52,576 nt of DNA. Origin: Perkinsus olseni (lineage: Eukaryota). The position numbers and the translations under genes were made by a program. Positions 46,801 to 52,576 of this stretch are shown here, piece after piece. Position 1 is the first letter of the stretch. Each line of letters opens with the position of its first letter. The notes beneath the pieces were generated by a model, which worked only from the letters and a program-made list of their open reading frames with translations, ran no database searches and was not told the DNA's origin. The stretch is from positions 1 to 52,576 of the forward strand of contig JABANN010000214.1 in assembly GCA_013115125.1 (NCBI GenBank). The letters run 5' to 3'.

Positions 46801-49346
46801 ATCGAGACTCGAGAAGCGTCTGATGGAGTAATGAAATGATCGCGGCCGACCAGGAAGGCATCGACAAATTCCACCCTCAACCCGCGTACAACTTTTATCT
46901 CGTTCCTTCGCAGGGCTCAACTCGGTAAATACAACATCGTCTGAAAGGCCGATTATAATTAACCCGTCTCCGCTCAGCAGAAATGAGGTGCCGAATAGAA
47001 CTCGAACTCGAATGACGCGGGGTCATTTTCAATGAACTCCCTCCAACATGGCTGATGGGAATTCGGTTTCCACGAGCGCGCATTTTACGTACGAGTCCGT
47101 TCATTTTACTTATCCCAGGTCCTCGGAATTGCCGGTGCTATGAATCATTCTCCCGACAATGATTCTGGGGTACATAACGAAATTATTTCCGGTAAAAAAC
47201 TTTTCTAAGAAGCACTTCGAGCGAAGGGGACTAATAGAAGGCGTATCGATGCGATCCCAGATAATACCGCGATTGTCGAGAGAGGTACCTTCGCCATCAT
47301 CTTCGTCATGGTTCGAGATCGAACGCCTGGGGTGACTCCTTGGTCTGCTACTCATCGCTCGTACATCATCATCCGACAATATTTGCAGCACCTAGAATGC
47401 TTATGTTGCTCGTTACGGAAAATTTCAGATAATTTCGGATTCAACCTTCGCCAGCATTTGCGATTCACCCACACTCTGCCCAAACTCAGGGTCCGGAGCA
47501 ATCGCCTTCTGCCAAAAGCTGCCCCTGAGGCTCAGGGCCTGAGCATCTTCACGCCAAGACAGGGTGTTCGGAAATGGAAATTACTTTTCCAGTCCCGAAA
47601 ATTTTCCCTGTGGCAACCGGAATTTTGCCATTTTTTTGCCACTCCGCCATTTCCTCAGACATTTTTCCCTCACCGGAACACCCTGCGCCAAGACAAGGTC
47701 GTTAAATACTCGTCTCAATTCACTCGCGCTCCACACTTACGTTCAGCCTCTCCTGAAGATACTCCCGCAACTCATCCTCTGTGCAGGACCCGCCATACTG
47801 CAGATCGATAGAATGTCGCTCACCCACCCGCACTCGCAGTAGTGGCAAGCCGCCGCCGTCGCTGGCCGAAGTAGACGACGCACCTAGTACCAAAATCGAT
47901 CACCTGGGCGCGCGCGCTTTCCTTACGCTGTAACGATCTAATCCGTGTTTTAACACTGCATAGGACAGTTTCCTTAGCATCGTCTGGAAGGCCATCGAGC
48001 TGTCTCGAGGCAAACCATCGGGAGGGACTCCAGTGGACCTCTAGATCCTGAAAAGACATACAGCCCTACCAAGGCCGGCTCCCGGCTCGGTAGGAATTCT
48101 TACAATATCTTCGCACCGACAGTACTCCTCGCACGCCCCCCTGTCCAGCTCAGCCCACTTCGCTACTTCACACCGAAGGTCCCGCCACAACTTCATCAAT
48201 CGACCGTCACCACCTGTAGAAGCCGACTCATCTGCACCGCCGAGAATCCGAAAAATATTTGCAGTGCGCACCTTGTTCCCCTGCCTTCCTAGGTAACTTG
48301 AGCTCACGTCTTAGACAGAACATATCCCGGAAGAGGTCGCTGCAGCTCAACGATCGGCGGATTCTCGCCCTTCCACTGGCAACTAACACATACTTCTTAC
48401 CCGCGGCAGGCGCGTGGTTACGCTCGATGAAAATCGCACAACAGAATTTTGTGCACGCGGATAAGCCTGTTTCGACCACGTGCATTGTGACCAAAGCCAA
48501 GGACGGATTCCCCGCCCATTTCTTCACGAGGCCCCGATATCGAGCATAGCCACCCCCTCCCAGACCACTCGTACCATCTTTCTCCCTACTCTCCAGAGGT
48601 CTTCCTTCTCCATCACAGGGCTCTCCTGTGAAGCTGGACGGTCCAGGTCTGGATGGCGAGCTCGAGGATGATGCCATACGAGAAGGGCCGCAGCTACTTC
48701 AAGCTGATACTACTCACTGCACGGTTCCGAACCGAGTAGTAATTTCGCGGCGCGCGACTGAAGAAAAATAACACCATACCACATCTTACCATACTCACGA
48801 TGCCATGCTGCTCACGATCGAGCAACTAGTGTTCTCGAGACCAAATCCTCACTGAGAATTGCTCAGAATCGTTCCCTAGGGGAGTCGCACGGAAGAGCGT
48901 GCCCTGAATTGAAGCGAGGCATCTAGTAAATCTTTGCCCATTCAGTATACGCTACTTTCTCCAAGAGATGGGAGGAAAGTAAATGGGTGAATTTCGACGA
49001 ACTCGTGACTATTCCACGCACGATTATGCTGCGTCCCAGTGATAGTGTTCATCCTCATATCATTACCATCCAGCTCTCAGCGCCTCCCGAAAAGCCGACC
49101 CTTCGATGAATACCAATCCATCAACAACTCTTCGCCCCCAAAAATTTGACAACTTGAACGCACAGAGAAGATTTTTGACAGAAAGACCTCCACAGGGCCG
49201 ATCGCTACAGGTTGTCCACGGCAACCAACATTGAGACTGATAACGATGATGTGTAATAAAAAGGTGGATGGGAGCTCAGATCAAAGCTGATGCTGTTGTT
49301 GCACCTGACAAGAGAGAGGTCCCGGGTTCGATCCCGGCAGGCCGCA
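43857..49346 (-). mobile_element. Decayed element with tyrosine-recombinase-like remnant, bounded by tRNA-3'-half-like direct repeats
   Basis: AGGTCCCGGGTTCAATCCCTGC (43857) and AGGTCCCGGGTTCGATCCCGGC (49317); 'GDIRCFFPSSAMMAGVSLDEIRDCLGY' at 45816-45900; broken ORF chain at 47400-48677. Confidence 0.3.
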
Positions 49347-49513
49347 AATGCATTAACAATTACCGCAACTGGGAAGGTCTGGCCGTGATTCGTGGGAGGG
49401 ACCACGATGACGGCTCCGTTCTGCATACGGTTGAACCTGATGAGAACTCTTCTGAACACCCTGCCTCTTGATGAGTATAAAAGATATTTCACTCGTGCAC
49501 AGGGTCCAATATG

Positions 49514-49598
49514 CTCTCAACCTCACAATAAAGATACTCTCAACCTCACACTAAAGATACTCTCAACCTCACACTAAAGATACTCTCAACCTCACACT
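49514..49598. repeat. Tandem repeat, 23-bp unit CTCTCAACCTCACACTAAAGATA x about 3.7
   Basis: Units start at 49514, 49537, 49560 and 49583; no spacers. Confidence 0.95.
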
Positions 49599-49699
49599 GA
49601 GATCGACCTCGCACTATCCGTGAACACAGGTCCGTGAACTCACAGCTTAAATCCATATACGAAGGAGGCGCACTTGAGGATGAAAGCTGGCAATGCGAG

Positions 49700-52400
49700 A
49701 CCTGAGTAAAATAAACAATCAGCTCCGACAGAGCCAACTGCGCGAATCCTTAGTTCGCACTACTAAGCCATGAGCGTAAGAAGTCTCTACATCCACGCCC
49801 GTAGTTGTCTGGTGATTCAATTGCATCTTCTCCGAAAATTCGCGCCGTCACGAGTAACCCAGCTACTCAATTCTCCACTATTTTCCTGCTTCAAATTGCC
49901 ATCGTTCAACAATCCCCATGAGAAATGCAAAAACTCTACAATTCTTTGAGGGTGTTGATTCCGGCTGAGACTTAAAATGATAACAAAAACACGCAACCAT
50001 CACTACACCGGATGAGCTGGGATAGACGAGATTACTCCCCCGAACCTTCACCACTCCAGCCTTCAACAGAATGACCCAACGGGTGAAGACCTCGATGCGA
50101 TCGCATCAGAATGAGACGCTTTATCTTCGCGAGTTTCATGCGCTCAGAATCACGCAACACCATTATGAAGGCCAAAGACAAACGTCACTCAAAGGCGGGT
50201 CTACGAATGATGCTTGCCTTGGGTGAGTCATAAGCCATTCTTCTTGTCCGCTTATGGACTACAATCAGCCAATTCACCACCTTGTGACGATATAAAAAAC
50301 CCAGCTAATATAAGCCAGGCTTCAGTGCCATTTTCGTAGCCAAAATAAAGCCGGAATCCAGCGATGGCAAGAGATATGATTTCTATCCTGGAATATCCAC
50401 CAGTACCATCTCCCAGTACTACATATAATGCCGGCTATGAACCAGCCAGCGATGTCCACCAGATGCTTAGCATCATCATACTGTGCTTCATCCCAGTCCT
50501 TAGTAACCTCCTCACACTCTAACGGGCCTCCCGCTGCACAAGAGTCGCCAGTTCGATCCCTGCACCCGACATTTCACTACATTTTTTGGTCTCTCCATGC
50601 GGGCCACAATACTCAATCACCACCTTGAGGAATCCCACTAGTCCCACACCCGACATAATTTGGAAGATCTAAGCTTGAACCATGCTCTTCGTGAAATCTC
50701 TCCCCATACCACTCACCGCCCAAATCGCACCACAGAGTCCGCATGCACAAAACATGCCGATGAGGCTGCGATCACTGAAAAGATGAGCGGAGCGATGCGA
50801 AAATTGGGAGAGGCAACGCAGCAGCAACCGACGACTATCCGGAATTGAAACAAAGAAGATACTCTCATGAAAACCAGCAATACATTTGGACCTCGGAAAT
50901 TTAACAACGGCCGAAAGAAGGGAAAAACAAGCAGAACGAGAGATTTCTTCTATCGAAAATTTGGTTGGTTCGATCAGAAGTTGAAAAAGGGGAGAATCGC
51001 AAAAAATGTCACCTCCTGGCAACCGTGATTATTACTTGTTTTTAGCACCATAGTAGCCGCAAGCTGGTACGAGGAGACCGATGACGATCGAGAAGAAGGT
51101 GCCAGAGGAAACGTAGTGGAAGAAGACGTCCTGAGAAAGGGGTTGTATGAAGAATGAAAAACCGAGCTGTTTGTGCAGCTAAGAATTAAGTTAAAAGTTA
51201 CCTATAATGAACAATACAAGAAAAGTCTAATAAAATCAATATAAAACTGGAAGATTCATAGTTTCGATTCAATGTCAACTTCCAAGACAGTTTGGGGCAG
51301 TTTACTTCGCGAGGATCACTAGTCTACGATTACGAATGTGTTTGGTTCGCGCGGGGTGCGAACCTGTTGGTCATACCAACTTTTCCGTAACTTATTACTC
51401 CGAGAATAGTCGTGATAACCACCACTACCGCCGTCGCGATGCTCAGACTGATGACCTGACAGAAAAGATATTATCCCTAGGTCGACCCATGTAAGATACA
51501 AAATAGGTCAAGTTCTACTACCTTCCTCACGAGCATCGCTATCTCGGGACCACCAACATTCAGACCATACACCAAAATCGAATTACTCGGGTATCCTTGC
51601 TCGACGTTGGCAGGCTGCAAAGGAGCGTTGAAGGAGTCCATGACAAGATACGAAAGATTCCCACCAAAGCTGGCGCGATTAAACTTCACTGACGATGCGA
51701 AAGCACAACTTTTTGTTTTTCCGCCTTTGTCTCGTATGAGGCCCCCCATTGAGTATTTGCTAGAAAAATCAGCCGCTGGAGTAAGCGTCCGAGGCTTGGC
51801 GACAGGGACGTTGACCGCGAGGATGTAGGAAGACGCAGAAGAAGCCGGTCGAAGCCTGAGAGCCGGAAGACGTGATAATTAAGTCATGTATTGCTCGTTA
51901 TTAAGGACAGTTTCAATATGACTATGTGAAAGTAGAAAACACATTATAGAGATCGCGGAGTTCTCAGGGCTGATGACCGATGAGAGAACGCAAAACCCAT
52001 GCGTGAAGCAGTGGAGCTCAGCCTTGAACCTTCAGCGAAGGGCAAGATACGCGACCAGAAAGATCTTTCCGGTGGTAGTAAGCGCACCTATTGAACGTAA
52101 ATGAACCCCGGAGACCGTTTGTGGCTTGAGCAGGGAGATAGCAAACGGTTAGAGGTAGGATTGTAGCATAAATGAACAACAGACAGCGGCATACGGTTCT
52201 CCTGACAGATGAGCAGAGCATGAGAGTTTGACGATCAAGGACATCGCTTGGCGACGGGACCGACCCCGCACAAAAGAGTCGCACCCAGGAGAAGTCTCTT
52301 GGATGGTTAAAAAGAAGCAATGCACTACTCTAACGCTGGTCACTGTAGAGGGGTGTCAACGAGCACTCTGACTGAGCAGTAGGGACGTGGTTGCCAGTAA
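49700..52400 (-). mobile_element. Possible highly decayed LTR-retrotransposon remnant
   Basis: Broken minus-strand frames with a weak integrase-zinc-finger-like segment ('LHPLGH...LIRCSDGC', about 49990-50090). No intact domain or LTR seen. Confidence 0.2.
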
Positions 52401-52576
52401 CACTTCCTTACGCAGACGACCTTCCTTTCGAATGCTCATCATCGTACAGTCCTGCGTCAAGTTGTGCAGCACGCATGGACACAGCTCGTTGCACGCACGG
52501 ACACACGGTGGTACCAAAATTCAAAGTGCCCCGAGAGAAAAAGCCATTGAAGGGCATCACTTTAAATGTCTACCCT

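Noticed and set aside
49265-49346. Intact tRNA genes at 49265-49346 and 43826-43886
   Set aside because: Only the T-arm and 3' acceptor strand are tRNA-like; no proper D and anticodon arms.
49514-49598. CRISPR-like array
   Set aside because: Head-to-tail 23-bp units with no unique spacers, no cas genes and a eukaryotic context.

Overview
Gene-dense eukaryotic genomic DNA with many short GT-AG introns, so most ORF-track entries are exon fragments or noise. The style suggests a Perkinsus-like alveolate (inference only). Genes recognised after splicing by eye: a CaCA/NCKX-type cation exchanger, a DPY30-like + EF-hand protein, a secreted legumain (peptidase C13), a signal-peptide-bearing asparagine-synthetase-like amidotransferase, a GT34-like glycosyltransferase, a coiled-coil protein, tRNA-Met(CAT), a FAM183-like protein, an ES1/ElbB (DJ-1 family) protein, two paralogous secreted saposin-like proteins, a PB1 + UBA-like protein and an MTAP/PNP-family phosphorylase. 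The last ~9 kb is mostly decayed mobile DNA. The most unusual part is 7.6-27.4 kb. It holds three small secreted Gly/Asp/Asn-rich peptide genes sharing an RxLF C-terminus (two are missed by the ORF track and form an inverted duplication). These flank a divergent legumain / secretory AsnB-like pair and a glycosyltransferase, which may be a peptide-maturation (RiPP-like) or wall-protein cluster. A large structured-RNA-like element lies downstream of each peptide gene: two diverged copies of an unassigned family with compensatory base changes, and one RNase P RNA candidate. Exon boundaries and RNA folds were derived by eye and need computational confirmation.
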